This document shows positions 41,717-53,477 of a stretch of 64,000 nucleotides of DNA, one piece after another. A program made the position numbers and the translations under genes. This DNA is from Glaucostegus cemiculus. Lineage: Eukaryota. Location: positions 7,068,001 through 7,132,000 of the forward strand of contig CDPCPM010000012.1 of NCBI GenBank assembly GCA_976551045.1, read 5' to 3'. Each line of letters starts with the position of its first letter. Position 1 is the first letter of the stretch. The notes beneath the pieces are model-generated. The model ran no database searches. It was not told the DNA's origin and was given only the letters and a program-made list of their open reading frames with translations.

Positions 41717-42762
41717 CAGCATCTTCTATAGATTATCTGTGGCATTCTGCAACAGCGATGCCATCAAGCCAATAAAGGGGAAGTGGGATACATGGATGAT
41801 TGAGCTAGGTGAAAGAAGGCATGGATCAGTTGGAATGAATAACTGATGAAAATGATAATAGTGGAAAAAGTAAATCCAAACTAATAAGTTCAAACAATTT
41901 ATATTACCTTCTGCAGAGACATCCTGCTGATTCGTACAAAATATCACCAGGAATGAAATGGTAAGTATTCTGCCTGAAGACAACTAGTTGGCCATTGCTA
42001 GTCTGAACCAAGCCAAAATATTGATTTGGAAGTTGTGGTGACAATAGCAGTGAAGTATAATGGGAAAAATCTGGCAGTGCTTTGTGAAATACATATGTGT
42101 AGTTAAATAGGGAAATCATGAACTTGCTCTCAGTGAAATATTGCAGATGCTGGAATCTGGAGCAATACACAAAATGTGCTGGAGGAACTCAGCAGGTCAA
42201 GCAGCATGCATGGAAGGAAATAAACAGTCCACGTTTCGGGCCGAGTCCCTTCATCAGGACTCTACCCTCATATGAACGCGGAGGTCCCACCATTTCCATC
42301 CATGGATGCTGCCTGACCTGCAGAGTTCCTCCAGTACTTTTTGTGTATTGAACTTGCTCTCAGTAATAGCTTGTTCCATTGCATGCCTCACATTTGACAA
42401 TTAATGTTCATTTCAAATTTTTATAAATTATTCCTGATGTTAAAATTTTACATTTACTCTGTGAACAACAGGTAGTGACAAAGGTGTTGCTGAATGCATC
42501 TCTGGTGCTAAAGATGAAATTTTGTGTGTTTTAGCTCTAATGCTCTTGGAATAATTCTCTCAGAATGTGTTTCTAATTCAAAATTCAATGCACTTTAAGA
42601 TACCTTTTTTTAAAGTTTATGTTATATCTAGGTCCCAAATTTTATCTCAGTAGAATGTTTCCTGTTGGCTGTCTGTCAGCATTCTTTAATCTTATTGGCT
42701 GTTCAACCAGCTTGATGGCATCGCTGTTGCAGAATGCCACAGATAATCTATAGAAGATGCTG
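41717..42762. repeat. Perfect 53-bp inverted repeat: arms 41717-41769 and 42710-42762, 940-bp spacer
   Basis: cagcatcttctatagattatctgtggcattctgcaacagcgatgccatcaagc is the exact reverse complement of 42710-42762; both ORF tracks show SIFYRLSVAFCNSDAIK. Confidence 0.98.
42135..42348. mobile_element. Short Penelope-like insertion with internally inverted ends and a 16-bp TSD
   Basis: tgaacttgctctcagt at both 42119-42134 and 42349-42364; internal 'acacaaaatgtgctggaggaactcagcaggtcaagcagcat' versus inverted 'atgctgcctgacctgcagagttcctccagtactttttgtgt'. Confidence 0.9.
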
Positions 42763-43750
42763 CCAGCAACCGGCATCAGGAAAGGAGGATTCCACATTAC
42801 TGAGCTTGCTGATGCCTTGTGGGGATATTTCCTCAAGATCAGCATCAAGTGCCATCCCTTCTGTTGCCAACCAGAAAAACTGGGCTATCTTTTAGAAGGG
42901 GAATGCAACTAGGAAAGGAAAATAAATGGAATCTAGAGCTTTAGGGCATCTGGTCAGGAGCCAAATTTACAACTTTACAACTATTTGGCTAGCACAGTAA
43001 TTGTTAATATAATACATAAATGCAAAGAATAATAAATAAGAAACAAAGGGACACTGCAATGGCTTCATGCAATTAAGATTCAGCTATAAAATCACACACA
43101 TATTCAGCAAGGCAACTCTTGTATCTTCTTTTGTATCACTCCCAAAGAGTGTTTCTGCAATAGTTTCGTAAGATTTTAAATTATCTTTCTTTTGTGTTAA
43201 CCAAGAAGCTCTATGGAAGTTCAAAACTTTTCAGTTTGTTCCCTGAATTGATCACATTTAGTATCCAATACAGTAAAGCAACACTAAAGATAGACCACTG
43301 AAATGAAAATTGAAGATTTAAATCAAAGCCACATGCAAATATTCCTACAATATTACCTGTTATTTTCAGTTACATTATTTTGACAAATCTCAGTGTTACT
43401 GCCTTACACTACAGTTAACTTAAGAAATAACATTAATTCATCACAGCCACCATGTCAATTACATCAGAAAAACTTTGAATATAACTAATACATGGTGAGG
43501 AACTCAGAAGTTAATCTCTCTGACTTCAAATCAAAGGTGTAGAAATTGGATCTTATTTCAGAAACTAAGCCAATTTCTGGGACCACTACTTGACACCCGC
43601 AGGATGCCTGAAATCTGACCAACTTTACATTGGTGCCTGCTGGTTTACAGCTGCTTTGATGACCAACTGAAAAATGCAGAAGACTATTACGTAGATGCAA
43701 ATGAGAGGCTTAACACCTGCTTCAGACCGACTCAATCATAGCAGGAGCCA

Positions 43751-43775
43751 GATCTGATCTGATCTGATCTGATCT
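43751..43775 (+). repeat. (GATCT)5 microsatellite
   Basis: Directly visible. Confidence 0.95.
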
Positions 43776-43837
43776 GTCTGGAGTTTAAAAATGCTATCAA
43801 GGTGTCAGGTGGAATCACAATATTACAAAATCAAAAA

Positions 43838-43945
43838 AACTACAGATGTTAGAGATCTAAAATAAATACAGAAAATGCTGGAAATATTCAGCAGGTCAGT
43901 TCACATCTGTGAGAAGAAAAGCAGAGTTAACGTTTCAGACTGAAG
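43838..43945. mobile_element. Penelope-like terminal remnant
   Basis: 'actacagatgttagagatct...cagaaaatgctggaaatattcagcaggtcag...catctgtg...gagttaacgtttcag'. Confidence 0.7.
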
Positions 43946-44656
43946 CATGGGAAGCAGAGAAAAGAAGCTTGGTAAGCTGCAATATTTCCCTAACACTGCA
44001 GCACTCATCATTACCTTGCCCCTCACTAATTCCACCTGCGATTTTCTACCACCTTCCTGGAACTTGTACTTTTGGATCAATCTGAGAATTGCAAACAGAT
44101 TTTGATTTCAAGTTGGCAGTCTGCTAAGAGAGATGCAGTAGTTCATCCTGTGTAATTTTAGGTGGTCCTGGTATCCTGTTCAGAGCTGATGCCCATTTTG
44201 TACCAGAAAATGGACCTAAAAGTTCAGTTCCCACAGTTTTCTAATTACAAAAGTGTCATTATTGCAGCCTTTACTGTAATGTTTCTTAAATTATTTAGAA
44301 TAATCTTCACAGTCCTTAATTGCAGCCAAAGCCTATTATTAGAAGAGATTACTTTCCCTGTCTCAAATTGTAAAATGTTTGCAAAATGTTCTAAGAAATT
44401 TTAAAATAGTAATCTATATTAATACATACTTGCACAAAGAATTTCAAAAAATTAGTCTTTTTTCAAAGACTGGCATTGACAATCAGCATCATGAAAAATT
44501 CTTGAGACATGGAGGAAGGTAAAAATATCAGCCACACATACTCCTGACTACTTAGGGTTCAACAGCGATGGAAACATGAAGACAAATCATTTATCTTGGC
44601 TGGTGAAGGATAAATGAAAAGTTAAAAATGGTAAGTCAGGATTGGAACACTAAATA

Positions 44657-44792
44657 AAAAATATAATAAACAAACTGTTGGAGAACTTAGCGGTTCAAGC
44701 TGAATCTGTGGTGACAAAAGGATGGTTGATATTTTGGATCAAGACCCTGCATCACCTCCAGATTCCAACATATGCAGTCTCTCGTGTCTCCA
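44657..44792. mobile_element. Short Penelope-like insertion with a probable 11-bp TSD
   Basis: Same structure as 13430-13557; flanked by aacactaaata (44646) and aacaccaaata (44793), one mismatch. Confidence 0.65.
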
Positions 44793-46739
44793 AACACCAA
44801 ATATATTTCTTTTGAATGCTTTACTTATAAATTGGTAAATTACTATAACATATTTGTATATGATTTGGCAATGGATCAAATTGCCTCCATACTCTGTAAA
44901 CAACTATGCACATCAATTAAAATTCCAAAAGGTCAAAAATTCAATTTATTGGTATTTAGAAGGAGCCTCATCACCTACTAACAGACTGATTCTACCACAG
45001 GGTTAAATTAAAATCTTTCATATTTACATAAAGCACAATTTCTTGCCAATACATCCACCAACCAGTTCCAGTGAAACCAATATGTCTGTAACCCACTCAG
45101 CCACTGAAGCTATTTAACTGATGAATCAGTAAAGTATCAAGATAAGCAGCAATGAATCAGAAGGTTTCTCTGGGGGTGGGGGATAAAACTGCAGGACATG
45201 CTCAATTCAGTTTTGCAACTTATATTTGCCTATTAATATATAGTAGTTAGATCTCAGTCTTTCGTCTTTACCACAATTTTCTCCCCTTTTTCTGCCCACC
45301 TCTCTTGAAAGTACTGACTCACATGGGCATGCATTTCTATGTCTACCTTCCCCGAGCAGACAATTTTAATAAGTGGAATTTAACAATAGATGTTAATAAG
45401 CCATTCAACAGTCAAGGGGCTAGAGTTGTGCTGAATCTTGTCTTCATCCTCTGGAAATAAATCAGCAGTCTGGAGCATGCTTCCTCAGGTACTCTCTTTA
45501 TCATAACCTATTAGGGTGGAGAACAACTACTCACCGAAGACTCAACCTAGGACTTGTTTGCTCGGAATGAAATAACTATAAATATATATTCATGATCATT
45601 TTAGAAATAAAACTTCAAGGAACACAGGCTAGTAAAAATAAACTTCAGCATTCTAGCCCTGATTTAGTCAACTGCATTGCACTGCATTTAAGCACAATTC
45701 CTCCTAGGAAATGACAGATTTTAAAATTCACTTTTATATAAGAGAGCACAATACACATTAATTACCCCACTCCCCAAGTTAAACAGCTACTTTTAAAAAG
45801 AATGGATACCATGACTTGATCATCTTCTTTGAATTCTGCCAGAAGTGGTTAATAACAAGTAGCTGGAGGAACAGTGGAACTTATGTCTGCACCACAGACC
45901 AAGGCGAAAACTGAGAGCAGATCCCACCTTACATTTTAGAATAAAGTATATCCTCACCATTTTCTTAAAAAAATTAACTTGCCACATCTAGCATTTTTCT
46001 GTCATTATGTTCAAAAAGCCAGTGAGTCCACTTTCAACTCTGTATTTCTTTAGAAGTGGGGCAAAACGAAGACCAATGTCAGCTTTTAGAATAATGGGAT
46101 AATATAAGCAGCATGTAAATCTTCTTGAAGCTGCATTGAATAACAAACTGTTACCATGCTACAGAATTTGAAACAAATACAGTTACACCGTGCATGCTCA
46201 TGTTACTTTATATTATAATCAGATTATCACAGGATCCAAAACATCAATCTTTCCATTTAATCTTCCCATAAAATTTTTATACTGTTTGTGTCATAATAGA
46301 GACTGTATAATGGCATACATTTTCTGAAATAAAGCACCCCAGTTAAACTAAGCTAACCTAAATTCAATACATAAACGGACCTGGCCTAGGTGTAAATAGA
46401 ACCATGAATAACATTACCCTTTGAATAGCCCTGATCTTTGAATTAATCCTTTAATCCCTTTCCACCTATTTTACAACACTTAGAGAAACCTCTAATTATC
46501 ATATTTTTAATTCCATTCAATACATCTTTTCATATTTGTTGATTACTTTTTTTATTCTATTTTTAGTTTTGCTTCCACCATTCTTCCCATGCCTGTGCAT
46601 AAATTTCCTTAAAATAAGGATGGTAAACTGAACAGGATAAGGGTTAACTTGATTAAGGTTTACTATTAAAATTGTATTAACACTCCATTTAACTTCCATC
46701 TTCAAATCTGAACTATATGTCTAAGGCTTTCAATAGCTC

Positions 46740-47800
46740 TTGTTGATAAAAGGAAAATAACTGAATCATCATATAATCCCGGACAAGAATCTGCCAAATT
46801 CAGACAGGCTGCCAACACAAGACTAGTTTTGTAGGTAACCGCCACTCATTTAGTGAATGCCACATTAAACAAAGCCCTCAAGGAATTGGAGTAATTGATG
46901 GAAATTATGTCCAATGCATAGCATCCTTACCAATACAGTTCCAACTTAATAATAAAGCCAATTCAAAGGATGTATATCGACTTTTGCCGGAACAGGATGA
47001 ACATATGGACTCTGAAATACCTAGCAGCATGGCAAGGCTGATCCCTCACATTCTAGCAACATTCGTTGGAGATCATGGAAAAAATGGAGATGTGAATAAG
47101 TCCTACGCAGAAAGGACTTATAAAGTAACATAAAGGAAGGAAATTTACTCCAGGTGCACAGATCATTCAAGAAACCACTTTGGCTTTGGTACGGTCCAGC
47201 ACGGAGTATTTGTGCTCCTCACTCAGATGCTGAATGTTCTACAAAATATAGCCATGTGTTACATCATTGGAGAGTGAAGAGTTGCATCTGGCTCCTGCCA
47301 CTATCAAATAACAATTGTCCTGATATGGAAGGGAAGCCCCGACTGCCTGCTTCACCAACTTTATCTCTTTGAACTTTTCATGCCTAATCTATAGAATAGA
47401 AGGCATGCCAAGTCAAATTAAAGAAATCATGATGGAAGGGTTTCTATTATACAACTTGGTTAACACAAGGAACAATGGAGACCTCAATGGTATGACAATG
47501 GCATTCTAAACAAAAACTCCGTCACCAATCACACAGAATCCACTAGACAATATCTGGTTAGCCCTGAAATCAACAAGGAAGATGTGGACATATTTTATGC
47601 CAATGGAAACTCAAATCAAGTCCAAGTTGCGATAACAGCAAAGAAAGTCAAATAATTGACCATATCACCAAAGATTGCCCCTTCCAATCATTTCCAGGTT
47701 GCAAGGGCAAATATTCACATTACTGCACCAGATACCATAACCTGGCTCAAAAACCTAGTCATCAATATACAAGTTGCTACTAATGACATTAAACAAGACT
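46740..47800 (+). mobile_element. Decayed Vingi-like (Ingi/I-group) non-LTR retrotransposon: RT 3' half + C-terminal Cys/His region
   Basis: Colinear frame-shifted peptides FQLNNKA, KYL, GAQIIQETTLALVRSSTEY, GRCGHILCQWKLKSSPSCD...QIIDHITKDCPFQSFPG and IHITAPDTITWLKNLVINI match recalled FHLNN, TSALALVYSTAEY, GRC...W....SP.CDCG...QT..HI...CP and A..WL..LD..L motifs. Confidence 0.8.
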
Positions 47801-48009
47801 GTACAACAAAAATAATAAGTTTAGATTGTTAACATTTTCATTAAAGCAGTTCTTGGCTGGAGTGGGAGCATTGTTTGGAAATGAAAGCATAATAAAATAC
47901 CAGTGGAAAAACTGAAATGGCAATTACTTACAATCTGCTAAGTACTTTCTTCTAATAACTGGCTGCAAAATTTTTATGGCAATTACATAATATGGATATC
48001 AATGTCTTC

Positions 48010-48350
48010 TAATGACTGAGCAGGTAAATGAACTGTGTGATCCAGTGTGAAGTCGGGAGGTCCCAGATTTAATTCACAATCTGTGCTGAGGTAGCTAATT
48101 TAAGCAACTGGGACTCTACAATTGCCCTTAGTATCTCTGTTTTAGTGATGGAATGTTTGAAATCAGACAGAAGCATTTCCTCTTGATTTATACACAGTAG
48201 CTGTTGTAGGAAAATATGTAAATACAAAAGTTAGATGAGAAAAGGTTCATGCTCAATCATGATGCTCTCCGTGATAAGAAGCCTACAAATACATTACCTA
48301 GTTGCAAAAGAATGTCTATTTAAGTGAGGTGCCAAGTTATATTACCCATG
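48010..48350 (+). mobile_element. Ancient tRNA-derived SINE remnant
   Basis: 'gtcccagatttaattcacaatctgtgctgaggtagctaat...ctacaattgcccttagt' is shared with 8495-8650 (inverted) and 59950-60130. Confidence 0.45.
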
Positions 48351-49045
48351 GAACCACACATTAAATAATATTAACACACTTTAAGACTGCAAATAAAAGG
48401 TAAAAAAGTTCAGAGAGTACAATTACACAGGAAGATAATGTGGGAAATAATCAATACATCAAATATTTCATGCTGTGCTTTAACCAGACTAGAATTTTAA
48501 TGCACACTAAATATGTGGTTCAATTATACTAAGTTTTGTCTTATTCAAACATATGAACACTTAAGGTGGCATTGGATGGGGTCCTGATTGACGAGCCGGG
48601 GTTTTGATCAAAGGATCAATCAATTACTCAAATATTTGTAAAACTTATTTTTCAAAGTGCCTAGTTTAAAACTCCACTTCCTGTTTGCATTTTCTTCCTT
48701 CATCATCCATTCCTCATCAAGGAGACATGGCAGACAAACTGCTTGTTTTCTGTCTTTGGCCAGTGCAATTATATTACTTAATTTGTGAAAGACTGGTTCA
48801 ATTTAATTCACCTCTTATTTTTCATCCCAATGGAGATGCCCCGTTACATAGTTCTTCATGTCCCTGTCTAGGTGGCTAATACTTTCTGTGTGGAAACATA
48901 CTTTTATTCTGTTAGTACAATGATATGCTGCATTACTTGATAATCACGTTATAAATTAGCATTGCTATTTGCAGCTGGATAGTATCTTTTAATGAAAAGC
49001 ACTTGATAACCTTTATGTTTGCCGAAAAGACAAAACGATAATAAA

Positions 49046-50267
49046 GTGAGCTTCTTGGTAAATAAAATAAGAGAAATTAAGCTTAAATCATCAGTTCTTT
49101 CAAAACAAAATGACTGTCACGTCATTTTCCTCCTTGCATCTCCAGAGCAGTACACTTCCTTTTCAACTGGTGCAGTGAGAGGTCAGATTCTGATGCACCT
49201 GATCTTTCACCCCACCCCTGGATTCACCATTGAGACTGGGGCAATTCCTGTTTGATCTGAGCCAGAGGATGGGGGTCAGATACACTCTTATTGCAGCCTC
49301 ATGTCTACTGCAGTCCCAGACATTTAAATGGGATCATTGACCTGCACTGAGAAAAGTGGCTGGTTTCTTTCCCTGCATTTTAACTATTAATTAGGTTACA
49401 TCAGATGACTGTTTTTAATTAAATTTATTCCATTTCCATGTTATATTTACAATTATTTTTAATATTTAATTGTTGAAGTACAATTCAATGTTTTAAAATT
49501 TCTCTCATCACCAGAGATATAGAAATAATTACAAGACCTTTGACAACTGTCAAAAGCCACTGGGAAAGATCTGACCAGGGTCTCTTGATTTACCACCTAA
49601 GGACACGTCAAAGTTTCATGATGCAACCCGGGCAGTGAGGCCTTAAGGTTGTTGGGAGACACAGAGCTGCACTAATAGCACAAGGGTTTACTTAAGATGC
49701 AGGCCAAATAGAGCAGAACCCTGCCCAATAACACTGCTGTTGAGGAGATCTGATGAGAGGTCATTATCCTGAAATGTGAACTCTATTTCTTCCATCCCCA
49801 AAATCAATTAACATTGAATATTCCCAGCATTTTCTAATGTTATGATGCTATGTTGATCTATCTGCCTGAATCTTAAGAGTAGTTTTATGTTTCTTCTATT
49901 ATATCCCTCTTCAACAAATTATCTAATTATTATGGCATTGCTATTTGTGAGAGCTAGCTATGTGCAAACTGGCTACCACGTTTCCTAAATTACAATAGTG
50001 ACTATACTTCGAAGTGAAAGTACCCCATTGCTGCAAAGCATTTTGGGATGATCTGAAAAGGACATAAAGGAAAATCAGGTGACTTTCTTGATAAATAAAA
50101 TAAGGGAAATTAAGTCTGAATCATCAGTCCTTTTAAAAGAAGATTGTCATTTCATTTTCTTCCTTGCATCCCCACTTCTTCTTTCACCTAGTGCAGTGAG
50201 AGGTCAGATGTTGATACACCTGATCTTTCACCCCACCCCTGGAGTTACCACTGAGACCTGGGGCAAT
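49046..50267 (+). repeat. Diverged direct duplication: 49046-49245 and 50079-50267 (~1.03-kb offset)
   Basis: Colinear, roughly 80% identical by eye; both ORF tracks read FL(V/I)NKIREIK..SSVL...AVRGQ...HLIFHPTPG. Confidence 0.95.
49930..50060 (+). mobile_element. Deu-domain SINE 3' remnant
   Basis: 'cattgctatttgtgagagc...tgtgcaaactggctaccacgtttcct...ttacaatagtgactatacttc...gcaaagcattttgggatg' is the reverse complement of the 2940-3090 pattern. Confidence 0.6.
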
Positions 50268-51340
50268 ACAAGTGTAAGCTTCTTTTATGCTTTAACCATA
50301 AAACTGGATTCAGAAAAAAAAATCAAACTACTTTTCACAATAAAACTCCAATATGTCTGAAAATGTTTAAACTAAAGCATGAAAAATACAATAATTGGCA
50401 CCTTCAGTCACATCATTCCTCTGGTGCACCATTTTGGGTTTGAAATTATTGCATCTAATATTATAATACTAATTTATTTTCACACAAATCCAGTATTTTG
50501 TTCTTTTTAATCAAATGTGTCCATCTGCAGCCCATTACTCATATTGCCAAGCAACTTCAGTTGTTTTCAAATGAGCTTAGCTCCATCTCTGGTCTCCTGA
50601 CAAAAAGTGAGCCATCTTTTCTGGTTTCTGTCTACAGAAATGCTACTAAAAATCACAATGCCATCTCCACTGATAATTGTTCTCACATTAAGGTGCTAAC
50701 CTCCTGATCATTATCTATTTTTACACATGATTTTTTGTGGTCTGAGGAATACATAAATGAAACAACAACTATTTTCTCACTTCAGATGTGTAAAATATCT
50801 TGCACACAACATTTCCATCCAAACTAGCATAGTTAAGGTAACAAAAACATTGTAAATTATTTTGGAATGAATGGTGAAATGTCACTGGGTAGAAATGTCA
50901 GTATGTCTCTCTAAATACCTCTTACGGTATGAAAATATATACACTGATGTAAGGGCTCTCTGTTTTATGCTCTTCAGACTATTTTAGTTGTCCAGAGTGT
51001 TTTAATGTGTGAACTTAAGTTGCAACTCTGATATCTATTTCCATATGTTCTGATCCAAGGTCTACAATACTGGTTCAGGTGGCAACAGAAATGTGGTCTC
51101 AAGCTGGCACATGAAAACCAAAGCAATACAAACACCAGTAGCAATTTCAGAAATATGAAAATTAGATAGGGGCCAAGTTGCATAGCGCACTAAAGCAGGG
51201 CATGAGGATTGGGACTGAAATATATCTTGCACTCACAATGAAAACTGCACGTAAATTTCTACTGCTTATTGTAATAATAGTGATGTTCAATCAACACCAA
51301 TGGTGTTTTTTATTTGGTGGAGCCAATATCATGAGCGTCC

Positions 51341-51587
51341 ATTTTTTTTTATTTACAGCGTGGTAACAGGCCCTTTCAGCCCAACGAGTCCACGCCGCCC
51401 ATTTTAACCCCCCAAATTAACCTACCCGTACATCTTTTTACAATGTGGGAGGAAACCAGAGCACCCGGAGGAAACCCACGCAGACACGGGAGAACGTACA
51501 AACTCCTTACAGACAGCGACGGGAATCGAACCCCGATCGCTGGTGCTGTAACAGCGTCGCGCTAACCGCTGCGCTATCTTGCCACCC
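51341..51587 (-). mobile_element. Young V-SINE with a CR1-like 3' tail
   Basis: CpG-intact 'ggaaaccagagcacccggaggaaacccacgcagacacgggagaacgtacaaactcc...gggaatcgaacccc'; tail 'atttacagcgtggtaacaggccctttcagcccaacg' after a T-run. Confidence 0.93.
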
Positions 51588-51764
51588 TATCAATTAAAAT
51601 TATCCTATATCACTTAAACAGGACCTCACATATGAAAGAAAGTGCATCTTGTCTGAGGCAGCCGCTGCTAACTGTTATACAAGCAAATCTGGCCTGGGAA
51701 ACGGTGAAGAATTGCATATTTTTGGAACAGGTGGTAAGTAGGAAAAAGTCCTGTATCTAGAGGA

Positions 51765-51862
51765 GTTCTGAGGAAAGGTGGCTAAGCTGAAATGTTAACT
51801 GGTGTTTCTTTCCACAGATGCTGTTTGACTGGCTGAGTTCTTCTAGTAATTTCCATTTTTGT
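51765..51862. mobile_element. Penelope-like terminal remnant
   Basis: 'ctgaaatgttaact...ccacagatgctgtttgactggctgagttcttctag'. Confidence 0.65.
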
Positions 51863-53174
51863 TCCATAGGAGCGTGGATGCCTTTAGGCAGAAACACATA
51901 AGACACACGGATTGCTCTGGAGATCAATTCCAATGCCCCAGGCATTTTCCATTCACCCATACCTACCACTAATCTCTTTCAATTAGGACTTGCACCTAAC
52001 CTTCATGTGCTCTGAAATGCAAAAATTTACTTTCTCATCTCATTACTATGAATATTTAGAATGAATGACAAGTAAAGTAAGCTATGCAAGCTTTTTGTAT
52101 TTCTTGCGTAAGTTTTTGTAAATGAAGTTTAGTTTGTAAATTAAAAAATAAAACTGATCATCTATATTTGTTGAACTCATTGGTTCCATTTCCCACACTT
52201 TTGCTCTCAATCCCTCTTCTCCCACCTTTTTGGGTTCTGGTATCGGACATGGGTGATGAGTGGTGCCTGAAAAGCATGTTGTCAACAGCACCTAGTGTCA
52301 GCTTCCAGGCCTAGCAAAGCCAAATGTTCTCTCCAGCTGCTGGTCTCTGGCAAGTGAGTAAAATGCAATCAGCTATCTGCAAATATCTCTAGTAACAGTC
52401 AGAAGTACAAGTTCAAGAGAGTCTGTGAGCTAATCACATGGCCCCAATTTACAAATGACATGTCAATGAGAGCCTGTACAGATAACCAAAAACATGTATA
52501 TTTCTTTTCCCAAAGTTGCAGTTCTTTTGTTTGCCACTGATTTTTACCACGGCACTAATGAAGATGCTGAGATATTAATCCAATTGATAGAGGCAGCTGC
52601 AATGGTGGCTTGTTCAAATAGCCATCAAAGTTCCACAAGCTATTTTTATCATCAGAGCTGAGCTCAACCCTACTGTCACACATAATTAATACACATGTAC
52701 ATCTCATCATGGATCACTGGTTTGCAATCAGGGAAAGGAACCCTCAATGATATTTCCCCTGTGCCTGGCTCAAACAGTAATGTCACACTTGGCATTCCAA
52801 CAGTAGTTCCCAGCATGCGAAGAGACAACCCCCCAGAGCCGCAACAGAAAGTTGCCAGGTAAGTCTCTGTAAGGACAATGAATGGCTTGGCGATAATAGA
52901 ATGTATAGCTTCGAGAATAGGTCTTCAGCATCAAAATCAAATTGGCTGAAGATTGGTCTGTGAGAAGGTGGGGATCTCAGGAGGATATCAGTATCGAATA
53001 TCCACTCAGCATTTCTGGCCGTAATGGTTGCAAACATTGCAACCTGGGATTCTCATACTCACACACTAGCTCTGCCGTCACTGAGGATGTTTAATTAATT
53101 TGGTTGTTTAATTTTCAACACCATCCATGATTGGATGCAATAGAACTGCAGTGTGTTGAACTGATCTTTGCAGG

Positions 53175-53241
53175 ATAGAACATAGAACGTAGATACCTAC
53201 AGCACAATTCAGGCCCTTCGGCCCACAAAGCTGTGCCGAAC
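53175..53241 (-). mobile_element. CR1 3' tail fragment
   Basis: 'atagaacatagaac...tacagcacaattcaggcccttcggcccacaaagctgtgccga'. Confidence 0.8.
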
Positions 53242-53477
53242 AAAGCATGACTATTTATTACATGCTGCCTCAACTGATTACTATGAATGTAGCCCTCCAT
53301 GTAATTACCCAGTCAGTGGCCTGATGCTATTCCTGGCATTCATTTTTACTCAAGAGAACCAAGGTTAGACCTCCGCTTCTCATGATGATTGAGTGAGAAG
53401 CCTTAATATGGTGGATTCCAGTTCTGCTGCTGGTCATGGCCCATATATCTCAAACTGTCCAGTTTCAACTTCATGAT

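Noticed and set aside
41717-42762. 53-bp inverted repeat as the TIRs of a DNA transposon/MITE (CAG...CTG ends)
   Set aside because: No target-site duplication (gagacaga vs ccagcaac), no transposase remnant, and the left arm's flanks are themselves copied from next to the right arm, which fits templated repair better.
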